64,000 nucleotides of DNA, taken from NCBI RefSeq assembly GCF_006345805.1, contig NC_042997.1:68200001-68264000 (forward strand), written 5' to 3'. The notes beneath the pieces were generated by a model. That model did no database searches and was not told where the DNA came from. It worked only from the letters and a program-made list of their open reading frames with translations. How positions within the stretch are numbered: position 1 is the first letter of the stretch; every line of letters starts with the position of its first letter. Positions 13,706 to 25,545 of the stretch are shown here, one piece after another. This stretch comes from Octopus sinensis. Its lineage: Eukaryota. Made by a program: the position numbers and the translations under genes.

Positions 13706-15921
13706 TATCAACAACAGCAACAATGTTTCTAATATAAATACAAGAAAACAAATTTGAGGTGCAGAGTTTAGTCGATTAAATTGACTCCGTACTTGACTGT
13801 TTACTTTACTTTATGACCCTGAAGGGATTTAAATTCAGTACGAAAAGAATCGGAATAAATACTGTAAACAGTTATTTCCGGCGCTCGAATAATTGCGTCA
13901 ATCCACTGACAGTAATATTATTGTTTCTTTTAATGGCCATAAGTGCCCAAACACACGTGTAAAACATGACATTCGAATTGGGTTACAACATGAGCGGATG
14001 TACATATAAATGCATATGCACCCCCCCACCGCACACACACATACACGCTAAACACATATATTAACGAGTTTGGGCCAAAATGTAGAACAATATATTAAAA
14101 ACAAATTAAAAATTAGGTGCGCGTACCCACGCACATATACACAAAAAGGGCAACCTACTCGCCAAGAGTCCCGTAGCAGTATCCTGTATATGACTAAATT
14201 GCTTTTGGTAGTGGGTAGGGGAGTCTCTAATTCAGGAGTTCCAGGGTTTTCAGGAATGTGGAACCATCTCTCATTTACTGACTTTTACTGGTCTTTTCTG
14301 ACCCGAGGTAGCAACATTTGTGAAGGTCCCAGCTGTGAGTTAAATAGCGTATATCCACCCGAGCCAGGGTGTGTTGAATTATTTTGGCAATGGATTTATT
14401 AAATCAATGGCGAATGTCATTGTAAGCTGATCGAATGAACAGACAACAAACTGCAACGGCCAAGTTCAACCATTTCAGTATGTGAACTGCTATCATCTGT
14501 AGTTGTGGCGTGCACAGTTGAGATATTTCAGCTAGCGAAAAACCAAGGTGACGTTCATAACACATTGCACGATCAAGATATCTGATGTGGAAAAGTTGCA
14601 TTGGTCCGGGCAAGTCGCACAATCGAATGATGGTGATGTGGTAGGCGCAGCTTTAAACGTGAATTGAGAGGTGAGTTTATTTGGCCAAAACACGAAGTCT
14701 ACCACAACTTCTGAGAAATATCCCAGTAACTCTATGTAGGCTGGTGGTGTGGTTTCCTCCTACAGTTTTTCTCACTTTAGGGTTTTTTCTATTCGTCTCC
14801 TATTTTCTTTTCAATCAATACATCATCTTTCTCTTCTCACTCCAGTCTCGCAGCAGTTCATTACGCTCTTTTCTTTTAGATGGCCGTGGGTCTTATATAT
14901 TTCATGGTCTGGGACGTCTTTCTTCAAAGGATCTTTCAACCTCTTACATGCTTTACATTATTTTTTGTTTTATTGTTATGTTTCTCTTGACTTCAGCAGT
15001 TTCTCCAGCATTCATTGGCTCTCTATCACCACGAGATGATGGGGTGAGACTATTGCTCGTAGCCTCTCTAGCCTTTGATGGAGAAGAACACTTAATTTCT
15101 TGGTGTCTTACCGCGTCGGTTCTGGTGCTGGTGGTTGGTGGTATTATGATTAAAGCGATTTCTTTTCGCTCGGCTCAAGTCATCCTTGGAGGTTTCGATT
15201 ACCATCTCCTGGATAGAGAACCCTACAGAGGTCTTTGCTAACTGACGTGAAGCAACTGAATCCTCTACCGTGCAGCACAAATCTTACTGACTATTCTCCG
15301 CTCTCACAATAGTGTACAACTTCGAGATAGCCCTGTGGTCATCGAAGGTCATCAAAATCTGGAGCTCACCGTATCTGAACCACACCATATCATTCACCAC
15401 ATGGTCGTACTGCTGCACAAAGGTGATGGCAAAGGCTAATGTTTGTGTCAGTATCTCTATCGATCTATCTCGTATTCTTGAGACCGATGTACTGCAAACG
15501 TGATTATAAAACCTGACGCTCTGCCTTTTTGACTTCTTAGTCGTCGTTTCAAAATGATTTGAAAATAATTATTTTATTGTTTTGAGGCAACTGTTATCAC
15601 AGCTATCGCGAACACCTTTTCGTGCTACTTCTGAGGAACTTTTGGATACGAGCAACAACACAAATGACTGTATGTCAATTACATACAGGTGGGTTAAAAT
15701 ATTTAAAAAGAAACATGGATTCTAAAATAAGGAGATGGACACTCAAACAATTCGAAAGCATTTTGTGAGTGTAAATTTGTTACAAATAATATTTGGTGTT
15801 TAGGACATGATAGTAACAAAGAATAAAATCATAAACATTATATCCAGGTTCACAAATCTACATACATCCTACAAAAGATTGCTATATACTATATAACAAG
15901 CACCACCACCATCACCACCAG

Positions 15922-16011
<90 letters not shown>

Positions 16012-16030
16012 AACAACAACAACAACAACG
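15922..16030. repeat. (CTA)n(CAA)n compound microsatellite
   Basis: Directly visible. Confidence 0.95.
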
Positions 16031-16431
16031 CCATGTAACCTGACTAGACACAATACATGTCGCACATAACCGTCTTAATACATTTAAAGAACTTATACAG
16101 TAGCATATATTACTCAATTACATCATCTCACAGAATAATAAAAGCGTCTATGTACGCACGCACATACATATATGTTTGTGTGTATGTGTGTGTATACACA
16201 CACAAGCATATATGTATGCGTGTGTGTGTGTGTATACACACACATACACACACACACACACACGCTCACGCACTAGCATATACATGACTTGGTGTGTTTA
16301 GACCTTTCTGTCTACAGCGAGAAATTTTCTTCATGACAGAATACAGCAAATGGCTTTTTAATGCGTTTGAATTTGCCTGAAACATATTTGAAATGGTAAC
16401 AAGTTTGTATATGTATATATACATATACATC

Positions 16432-16467
<36 letters not shown>

Positions 16468-16583
16468 CTTGTGCGCTCACACATACACACACACATATAT
16501 ATATATTAATAGTAATGGTATGACAACAAAAGAATGATTGAGACTTTGATATTATGTAGATAGAGGAATGTATCTGTAATATT

Positions 16584-16675
16584 ATATGTGACAATTATTC
16601 GGTTGCCATTATAATTTCCGCCCTGACATCCGAAACTCGGAGTTTTATTATGGCAAACGAATAATTGTCACATAT
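16584..16675. repeat. Inverted repeat / hairpin (31-bp arms)
   Basis: atatgtgacaattattcggttgccattataa versus the reverse complement of ttattatggcaaacgaataattgtcacatat, with 2 mismatches. Confidence 0.85.
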
Positions 16676-16720
16676 TATTATATTACATATATATATATAT
16701 AATATATATATATATTATAT

Positions 16721-16768
<48 letters not shown>

Positions 16769-16984
16769 ATATATGTATGTATACTGGAAAATGTATGAAA
16801 TCCTTGGTACAGTTAGGTATACTTGAAAGACGAAAAGAACGACTTCACTGGTAGTTCTAATCAATATATTTTTTTGATAATATAATTTAATTTTACAGTT
16901 TGGTTTCAAACTGTAAAATCATATTAGAAATTAAATCGATTAGAACTACCAGTGAAGTCATTCTTTTATATATATATATATATC

Positions 16985-17249
<265 letters not shown>

Positions 17250-17612
17250 CAGAGAAGTTTGAAAACGCCACTATATAAGATAAATATTAATTTTCTTACA
17301 GATTTTACGTTTCGGTTCTTCTTGAAAAAATATTTCAAAAATATTTTTAAAAGTTAAGTAAAATAAAAAAGTTCATAATTGTTTCTTACTAGTCTCATCA
17401 GAGTCCACGTAGTGGTGCTTTGTGTGGTGGGGGAGGATAATGGCTGTCTTGTGCGTTGACTAGATTCGTTGGCTGTAATTGTGGAAACAACCAGCGGCCG
17501 AAATAGCAGTAGTAGCAGTGACTGTTGGTCGTAGTAGTAGTGACCGTGGTGGTGGTGGTGGTGGTGGTGGTGGTGGTGGTTGAAGTTGTAGTAGCAGTTC
17601 ATTGGCTGTAGT

Positions 17613-17649
<37 letters not shown>

Positions 17650-18359
17650 ATATATAATCAAAGTAACTTAAGGGTTCTAGAAAAGAAAAGCGATAGAGTA
17701 CGTTCTAGGCTTAAAAGAAAAAAAAAATATTAGTACTGGAGTTGATTCATTCGACTAAAGACCTCTCAGTGTGGGGATCCTAGCATGGCTGCAGTCCAAT
17801 GACTGAAACAAGTGAAAGACCAAAGAATGATAATGGTGTTTTAATGATGATAGTTTTAATGTCATAAACTTTAGGCGAGAGCGCAGTTAATTACATCGTC
17901 CCAGTAGTTCACTTATGCCTATTTCAATAACGGAAGGGTGGATGTCGAAGATGATTTCGGTGAAATTTAATCTCTGAGCATAAAAGAATGTAACTAAATA
18001 TGTTGTAAAACTCCACCATCCCTGCTTATAACTGTCGTTTCGCATAGGGAGATACATGTCGCTGTGTCAATTAGTTTGCCATTATGGCAAGCGGGAATGA
18101 TAATCAAAACTAGCAGTTCATTGTTATTTAAAATTCTTAGGGCTTCATTTACATGTCAAACCGCTAATTTACTAAATTATTACATATTAGTTTCCATACG
18201 GACATACAAACAAAAGCTAATAGAGCAAGTACATAAACCAAATGACAATCAGATTGTAACTATTACACAATTATATAAACACGAACATCGTCCTTGCTCA
18301 CATACATACACACACTTAGACATATTTGTTTCGATATGTCTTTCTTATTACTACTAAGA

Positions 18360-19500
18360 CAGGGTGGGGCGGAGAGGACGAACGTTTTTGAAAAATTCAC
18401 AAAATCATTTATTTTAGCTGCAAACAACTTTTATTGACATCAATGTGTTTGTATTGAATTAGCACTTCAAAATCAAATGTTGGAAACAACGTCCATCATG
18501 TGGTGTCCGTTTTCATTGATGCATTTCTGAAGGCGTTCTTGGAAGTTAGCTTCCACGCCCTCCAGCATTGCTCTGTCAATTTGGGCAACTTCCACGTGAA
18601 TAGTTTCCTTCATATTGGCCAATGTACGGGGCTTATGCGCATACACACATGACTTAAGGTTTCCCCACAAGAAATAGTCACAGATGGGCAAATCAGGGGA
18701 CCAAAGGGGCCAAGGAATGTCAGCAAACCTGGGAACGAGGCGGTCACCGAAGTAAGGGCAAAGAACGTCCATTACTACTCTGGCTGTATGGCCGTCGCCC
18801 CATCCTGCTGAAACCACATACGTCGAATAGGCATACGTTTTCGTCGTAATTCAGGCACAAAGAAGTTATCATCTCGATGTAAATCTCGGAGTTCACAGTA
18901 ACAGCATTTCCAATATTGTCTTTAAAAATTTGAAGATCAATGACGGCAGTTTTTCCAACAGCACACCAGACCATCCCTTTTGGGTTGTGCAGTGGTCTTC
19001 CGCGTAGTTCACTCGGATTTTTGGGAGCCCAATAACGACGGTTCTGTTGATTCACCGTGCCATTGTGATGAAAATGAGCTTCATTACTCATTAACAAAAT
19101 GAGGTTATCATTTGACACAAAAATTGCTTCCATCTGACGTGCAAAGTTAAGCTGCTGTGCATAGTCCCATGGTTTCAATTTTGCCCAATGAACAATTTGT
19201 ACGGGTGGAAATTCCAGTCTTCATGCTAAATATGCCATACCGATCGATTACCGATGCCAAGTTCAGTGGAAAGCCTCCGAGCAGAGCGATTCGGACTCCG
19301 TATCAAAGCTTATCTGACGCGTTCCTCATTTTCCGTAATGTTCGTGGCGCTGCCACCAGTCTCCTATTCATTTGTGTGCCTCGTGTACGAAGTGCATTCA
19401 CCCAACGTAAGATTGTATTACGGGTGGAAACAGCCTGATTTCAGTAAATGTTGAAGTGACGCCTAGACTCACGATGTGAGACTCACTGTGACAAACTCGT
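18360..19500 (-). mobile_element. Tc1/mariner DNA transposon, DD41D (rosa/Visitor-type) transposase pseudogene, 5'-truncated
   Basis: Frameshifted ORFs give LMSNEAHFHHNGTVNQQNRRYW, WFQQDGATAHTA and WSPDLPICDYFLWGNLKSCVY. I count 41 residues between the second and third D. One TIR-like end (cagggtggggcggagaggacgaacg) at 18360; no partner TIR seen. Confidence 0.9.
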
Positions 19501-19630
19501 TATTCTTCACTTAACTGTTGTAGGCAAACACAGCGCCATGGCTTCCTCTGAAAAGAAAAAGAAAATCGAAATAAAAGACGTATAAAAAACTGCATTGTTT
19601 ATGGGAAGACAATATATACGTATATGTGTT

Positions 19631-19662
<32 letters not shown>

Positions 19663-19788
19663 CATACACACACATACATATATATATATGTATACATATA
19701 TAAACACATATAAATATACATATATACATATATAGTATATATACATATATACTATATATATGTATGTATGCATGTCTGTATATATATA

Positions 19789-19831
<43 letters not shown>

Positions 19832-19834
19832 ATA

Positions 19835-19987
19835 TGGCTGTGTAATAAGTAGCTTGCTTTCCAGCCACATGGTTCCGGATCCAGTCTCACTGCGTGGCAC
19901 TTTGGTCAAGTGTCCTCTACTATAGCTTCGGCCTGACCAAAGGCTTGTGAGTGTATTTAGTAGACGGAAACCGAAAGAAGCCCGTCG

Positions 19988-20028
<41 letters not shown>

Positions 20029-20180
20029 TTGTCACCCCAACATCGCTTGACAACTGATGCTGGTGTGTTCACGTCCCCGTAGCGTAGCGGTTCGACAAAA
20101 GGGGATCCGACAGAATAGGGACTAGGCTTACAAAGAATAAGTCCTGAGGTCGATTTGCTCGACTAAAGGCGGTGCCCCAG
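19835..20180 (+). mobile_element. SINE family B, 3' end interrupted by the fold-back element
   Basis: Head, microsatellite and tail up to gactaaaggcggtg; the expected ctccagcatggcc... is missing. Confidence 0.85.
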
Positions 20181-20434
20181 GAAGACATCTCCTCGGGCTG
20201 GCTATTGACACTCTGTCTTTTCGTCACTGGAAAAAGTATATGTATTTGCATTCAGAATCACTTCTCATCGCCAGCAGGTGGTTGTCATACGCTGATGACG
20301 GGTTAATACCCAGAAACTCGGGTCCGTGTGTATCACGTCAGGCTGGAGATGGGAACGATGATTTCCCTTTGCAAATACTGATAGGGCACAGACAGTGTGT
20401 CAATAGCCAACTGGAGGAGATGTCTTCCTGGGGC
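20174..20434 (+). mobile_element. 261-bp rod-like fold-back element carrying a hammerhead ribozyme
   Basis: 45-bp terminal inverted repeats (20174-20218 / 20390-20434, about 41/45 matched), plus internal complementary blocks closing on the HHR. Confidence 0.8.
20286..20330 (+). ncRNA. Type I hammerhead ribozyme
   Basis: Stem I CATACG/CGTGTG, core CTGATGA, stem II GGGT-TAAT-ACCC (C.A at 10.1/11.1), GAAAC-TCGG-GTC. Predicted cleavage after 20324. Confidence 0.85.
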
Positions 20435-20809
20435 TATAAACTACAGTAGCAGCGTCATTAATGGGTCAACCTTTTTATGTGGCAAATATACATCACGATG
20501 TCGTGCTGCAAATGTTTAAATCTCGCTCAGAGATTTATTATTGCTACACACGCATATATATAAAGTTCGATCTGACGACTCCACTAGAGTGGACGCAAGC
20601 GCTAATATATGATATATATGATTTATAAAAACATGTGACATATTAATAAATATCGGTAAATATAAAACCAACCGGATTTCTGAGTACCGCATTTCTTCTA
20701 ATATATAATACATGTACATCATCTCTAAACCTTTTAATATATATATATTGTGTGTGTGTGTGTGTGAGTGTGCGTATGTATATATATATATATATATAAT
20801 ATATATATA

Positions 20810-20840
<31 letters not shown>

Positions 20841-21173
20841 CAAATGCATATATATATGTATGTATGTGAGTGTGTGTGTGTGTACAAAAATAACAACGTG
20901 TATTTATTGTTTATATATTTGAGATTGTTATATATTTGTTCTGATGAATCAGTCATTCTAACTCTAATCCAAATTTCTTCTCTTTCTCTGTGTTTCTTTC
21001 TCTCCTTTTTTCTCCATGTGAATACACATTACCTTCGAACAACTTCAGATTATAGGTCTTCAGCTTGTTTTATTCGTCATTACTAAGGTCATGTTGGAGT
21101 ATCACCTTCCATTAGATATATTAAATATATACGACTGATGACAGATCGCAGCGTGCACGTGTGTATGTGGTGT

Positions 21174-21215
<42 letters not shown>

Positions 21216-21834
21216 TGTGTGTGTGAAATCTGACTGCGTGTGCGTGTTTGTCTGATCCGTGTGCTGTGTGCTGCGTGTGCACGAGTGAACGTTTTCAGTA
21301 TAAATCATCGTAGTGAATATGTGTTGAAGAGAAAGCTATCTTTTGTTGATATCTGTTTCCCGTTATGCTTGCTACTGACAAGAAATATATCAAAATACTT
21401 TAAATGCTTGCTGCTAGAGCTGTTTATAGACAGACGATAAAGACAGAGAGGCAAATAAGCGTGACAAGACGCAAACAAGCAACAAGCACGCAATCTCGAA
21501 ACGACGTGATCGTCACGGTGTAAAAATTGAATGTTATTCGATTGCAGTAATCAATTCACTTGTTTCTTCCGTCATTTGAATACATGTGAAAATAATCTGA
21601 CATAACCAGACATGTAAAGAAATAAATATGAACTGAAAAACAAAAACGGGCGTGTATGAAGATACTCATATAAACATACATATATATACGCACGTAAATA
21701 TACATATGTACTCAGCCAAAGATACATACACAAAAGCATACATATGCACACACATCTCAAAAGTAAATAGACAGCCTCATTTTTGAAAGATATATTTCTC
21801 CTTTCTTCTTTGGGTATCTGCAGGTCGAGAAATA

Positions 21835-22277
21835 GATTACCTTTTAGTTGTTCTGGCAAGTTGATGAAAATACTGCTCAGATGTACTCCGACCTATCTGG
21901 AGTTGGTCTGCAGCGCCAGCTGCCTTATAGCGGGGATTATTTTCAGCAATCCGCTTAACAGGTTTAAGACACCTGTCAGAGACCACATGTCGACCTGAGC
22001 GGGTTGCAGTTGATTCCCTTCCTTTGCAGGTGAATTGTACAATTACTCTGTTATCTGTGATCATAGGAGTACCAAGGTTTTGTGCAATATTACACTGGCT
22101 AAGTCCACTTCCAGATCGATCAACAATACATCTTTTAAAAATCAGAAATGTCTTTTACTTCTGGTGTTCGCGGCATGGCTAATTGCTACAAGCAATTAAT
22201 GTACTATAACGTGAATCGAAATAATACATTAACAAGTCTGAAGCGTCAAATAGTGTCCACATAGATAATAAACGGTG
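21835..22277 (-). mobile_element. Tc1-like transposase N-terminal (paired HTH) fragment with possible 5' TIR
   Basis: From ATG at 22176, with a frameshift: MPRTPEVKDISDF...GLSQCNIAQNLGTP...RVIVQF..KGRESTATRSGR...KRIAENNPR. TA|CACCGTTT...ATGTGGACAC end at 22277. Confidence 0.7.
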
Positions 22278-22363
22278 TAATGAGAGACATCTAATAACTT
22301 ATGAGGCGTCTATTAACTTTTGAGATGTGTGTGTATGTGTGTGTGTGTGTGTGTATGTGTGTT

Positions 22364-22407
<44 letters not shown>

Positions 22408-23441
22408 CACACGCACATACACACGCGCATAAATATACGCAGATAGATAAATGGTTCCCACACATTTTGTCTTCATAGGGCAGTGAGATAAAAAATAAAA
22501 TTTATTTGTGCACTTCACATTGAAATATAATAAAAAAATTATTTAACGCTAAAATTAAATAGAAAACCCACAAAGACATAGAAAACTATACCGATCTTGC
22601 TTTATTAGTTTTCAACAAGTCCAGACATTATTATGGGTTTTCTAAAGCCTTAAGTCATATAGGTAAAAATTTCATGACGTACTGAGCTGATCTTTGTGTA
22701 GTTTGAGAACTGCTGAAGCAAATAAACGATTATTTTCATATTTAAGTAAGGGAACTGACAAGATTCTAATATTTTAATTGTTCTCGTGTCAGCTAAGGTC
22801 AAAATTTAATGCTGCAAAGCAATGAGTTCCAATTGGGTTGTTGTGGTACCCCAAGTAGCAGTTGTGGTGCCGCCATGTCTTAAATTTAAAAACCACAAAC
22901 AGACAAAATATATAAAGCAAAAACATCAATAAAGTGGTTGAGAGTCTTAAATATTTCGAGACAGGAGAATAATGAGGTCAAAGAAATGTAGGATAATTAA
23001 TTGAATCGATAAATAAGTTATCATTTAGCCTTGGATGAACAGCTCTATGCTAAACAGCGCACTAACCTTAAACATCGATCTTAAATTCAGACGTAGGATG
23101 ATTGTAGCATGAAATCAGTGGTTTGTGATTTGTGGTCGGTGGACTCTTGGTATTCCGGTAAAATACTAGTGGGAGGATCAATGAGTAATACCATCTTGAG
23201 GCATGAGCACACTGAACAGTTGTCCGGGGCTCCCCCATGATCTAGAGACTCAATGCTAATCTATGTATACTGCAGTTATGTATGATAAACCCAGTACATT
23301 GTTTTACTTGGATACCTATAAAGCTAACCCAACGTTTCTACGTGTGAGCGGTGTTCGAGGTTTCAAGGTGATGCTTTGCGCTATGTAATATTTATAAGTA
23401 CTAACGATAAGACAGTCAGAGATAAAATTTCCAAATATCGA

Positions 23442-23647
23442 TTTCGAATTTTGGCACAAGATTAGCAATTTCGGGGTAGGGTTCTAGTCGATTACATCGG
23501 TGCTTAACTAGTACTTATTTTATCGACTTCCGAAAGGATGAAAGGTAAAGTTGACCACGGTAGAATTTGAACTCAGAACGTAAAGACGAACGAAATGCCG
23601 CTAAGCAATTGGCCCGGCGCACTAACGATTCTGCCAGCTCCCAGCCT
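23442..23647 (-). mobile_element. SINE family A, near full length
   Basis: Head (ggctgggagctggcagaatcgttagtgcgccgggcc), core and tail all present. Confidence 0.88.
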
Positions 23648-23787
23648 TTAATAAAAAATTTTCCTAATAATAAGGTTGTTTCCAAATCTGCAGAGTTAAT
23701 CTAATTTGTTTTAGATGCTATTTAAAACAACATTTCCATTAAAATTGCCTACCACCGAAGCTGAAATTCAGAATATTCTTTTCTTCC

Positions 23788-23983
23788 CTAGGCACAAGGA
23801 CCGAAATTTTTGGGAGGGGGGCCAGTCGATTAGATCGACCCCAGTAAGTAACTGGTACTTAATTTATCGACCTTAAAAGGAGGAAAGGCAAAGTCGACAT
23901 CGGTGGAATTTGAACGTAAGGACAACCGAAATATAGCTAAGCATTTGCCCCGGGGTGCTAACGTTTCTGCAAGCTCGCCGCCT
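23788..23983 (-). mobile_element. SINE family A, full length, with 16-bp target-site duplication
   Basis: tgaaattcagaatatt (23762-23777) and tgaaattcagcatatt (23985-24000) flank the element. Confidence 0.9.
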
Positions 23984-24811
23984 TTGAAATTCAGCATATT
24001 GTTGATGCTACCGTGTTCGTCCCTGTGGGAAAATTCATTAAATTTTTTATTTAAATGAATTTTTCACGGACAGCCGGCTTGTATTTTGTCTGTCTACTCA
24101 ACATGCTATTGCTATTAACTAGCAACAAACTTATTTTCTCAGTTCCATTTCTCAGTTACAACTTATATGTAACTTTCTTTCTTACTTATTTCTGTCTACT
24201 TTGATAAAGCCTTCACCCGAAACATCAACCCACTTCTTTTCGTTTTCGTTTTTTTTTCATTTGGCATACAATTCACTGTGCCCACTTTTTTTGGCATTTA
24301 CATTTTGTCCATCACCTTTTGAACTTTGTAACCTCTTATCTCACGTTGTTCAACTGTCCGTCCCTTATTCCCCTCGTTCCATTTATACTATGTAACTGAA
24401 TATAAACTTATATAACAGCATTAGTAAAAATCTCTTGTTTCATGAAATATTGTTAACAAGTCCTTGGTTATAAAAAATGTAAGAAGCTACAGCTCGAAAT
24501 GCACTATGTTTCCATTCTTTTTAAAGATGGTTGGGTACTGTTTGAGGAAGACTTGAGTGTTATTTCTTGTAACTCAAGTAACCTTAAACAGGCGCCATAA
24601 TTTTAGTGACACTGTTTTTCTTTTCAATTCACTATCGGTCTCATGGAAAGATTTGGTAAAGATCAACCCAGATGGCATTGAACTCAAAATAATCTGTAGG
24701 AATTATTTACTCTTTCAGTAAATCTTCTTTAAACCAGGCTTTGAAGTCAGCTCTACTTTCTGAAGACAAAGCATTATAAAGCGAAGTCAAAGAGCTGACG
24801 TATTTGTGTAT

Positions 24812-25034
24812 TTAATTCTTTAGCATTCAGATTATTCTGTCAAACGTGATGCTTATTTACTCACATTGTTTTGAGTTAATCACGCATCTAATATTTCGAT
24901 GATGTGATTGTTTATTTTTACAATGACATTGTAGGATGGGTGTGAGAGGAACGATCTGGTCAGTTTGACCATAAAACAGGTAGAATATTTTAGCCAAATT
25001 TAAATTTTAGCCTATTTAAATGCTAAAGGGTTAA
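24812..25034 (-). mobile_element. piggyBac-type non-autonomous element with TTAA at both ends
   Basis: ttaattctttagcattcag...aaatgctaaagggttaa. Same family as 12153-12380. Confidence 0.75.
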
Positions 25035-25254
25035 GATGTTCGCTTCGCATCCTCGTTGTACGGCATCATTATAAGAGGCTACCGTACACGATTTTTATTT
25101 AAGGTGAACACTGAATCACATCGTTACGAAGCAGTCTTGCCCACCAAGGTAACTGTATGTTGATGTTTAGACCCATGTCATCTCAAATTGAGCAGACTGG
25201 GACACATCCTTACCAACGTTATGGCATATAGCTCAGTCGGACTCACAATCATGA

Positions 25255-25545
25255 GTTATTGAGTTCGATTCCCAGAACCGGCTGTGTGCTGTGTTTTTGC
25301 GCAAGACACTTTATTTCACGTTGCTTCATTTCACTCAGCTGTAGAAATGAGTTGCAATGTCACTGGTGCCAAGCTCTATCGGCCTTTGCCTTTCCTTTGG
25401 ATAACATCGGTGACTGGAGAGGGGAAGGTGGTATGTATGGCGACTGCTGGTCTTCCATAAACAACCTTGCCCGAACTTGTGCCTCATAGGGGAACTTTCT
25501 AAGTTCAATCCCATGATGATTTATCACCGAAGAGGCCTTTACCGT
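25255..25545 (+). mobile_element. SINE family D
   Basis: gagttcgattccc B-box; body collinear with 176-505. Confidence 0.8.

Noticed and set aside
17300-17410. Minus-strand CTGATGAG at about 17400 with GAAACGTA about 90 nt downstream
   Set aside because: No matching stem I or stem II between the two halves.
20562-20595. CTGACGA-CTCCAC-TAGA-GTGGAC-GCAAGCGC
   Set aside because: The GAAA half-core is mutated and there is no stem I. Possibly a decayed Penelope end, but not supportable.
24745-24800. CTGAAGA enclosed by a GTCAGCTCT/AGAGCTGAC stem
   Set aside because: Stem III is absent (GAA-GTC) and stem II is weak. At most a fossil.
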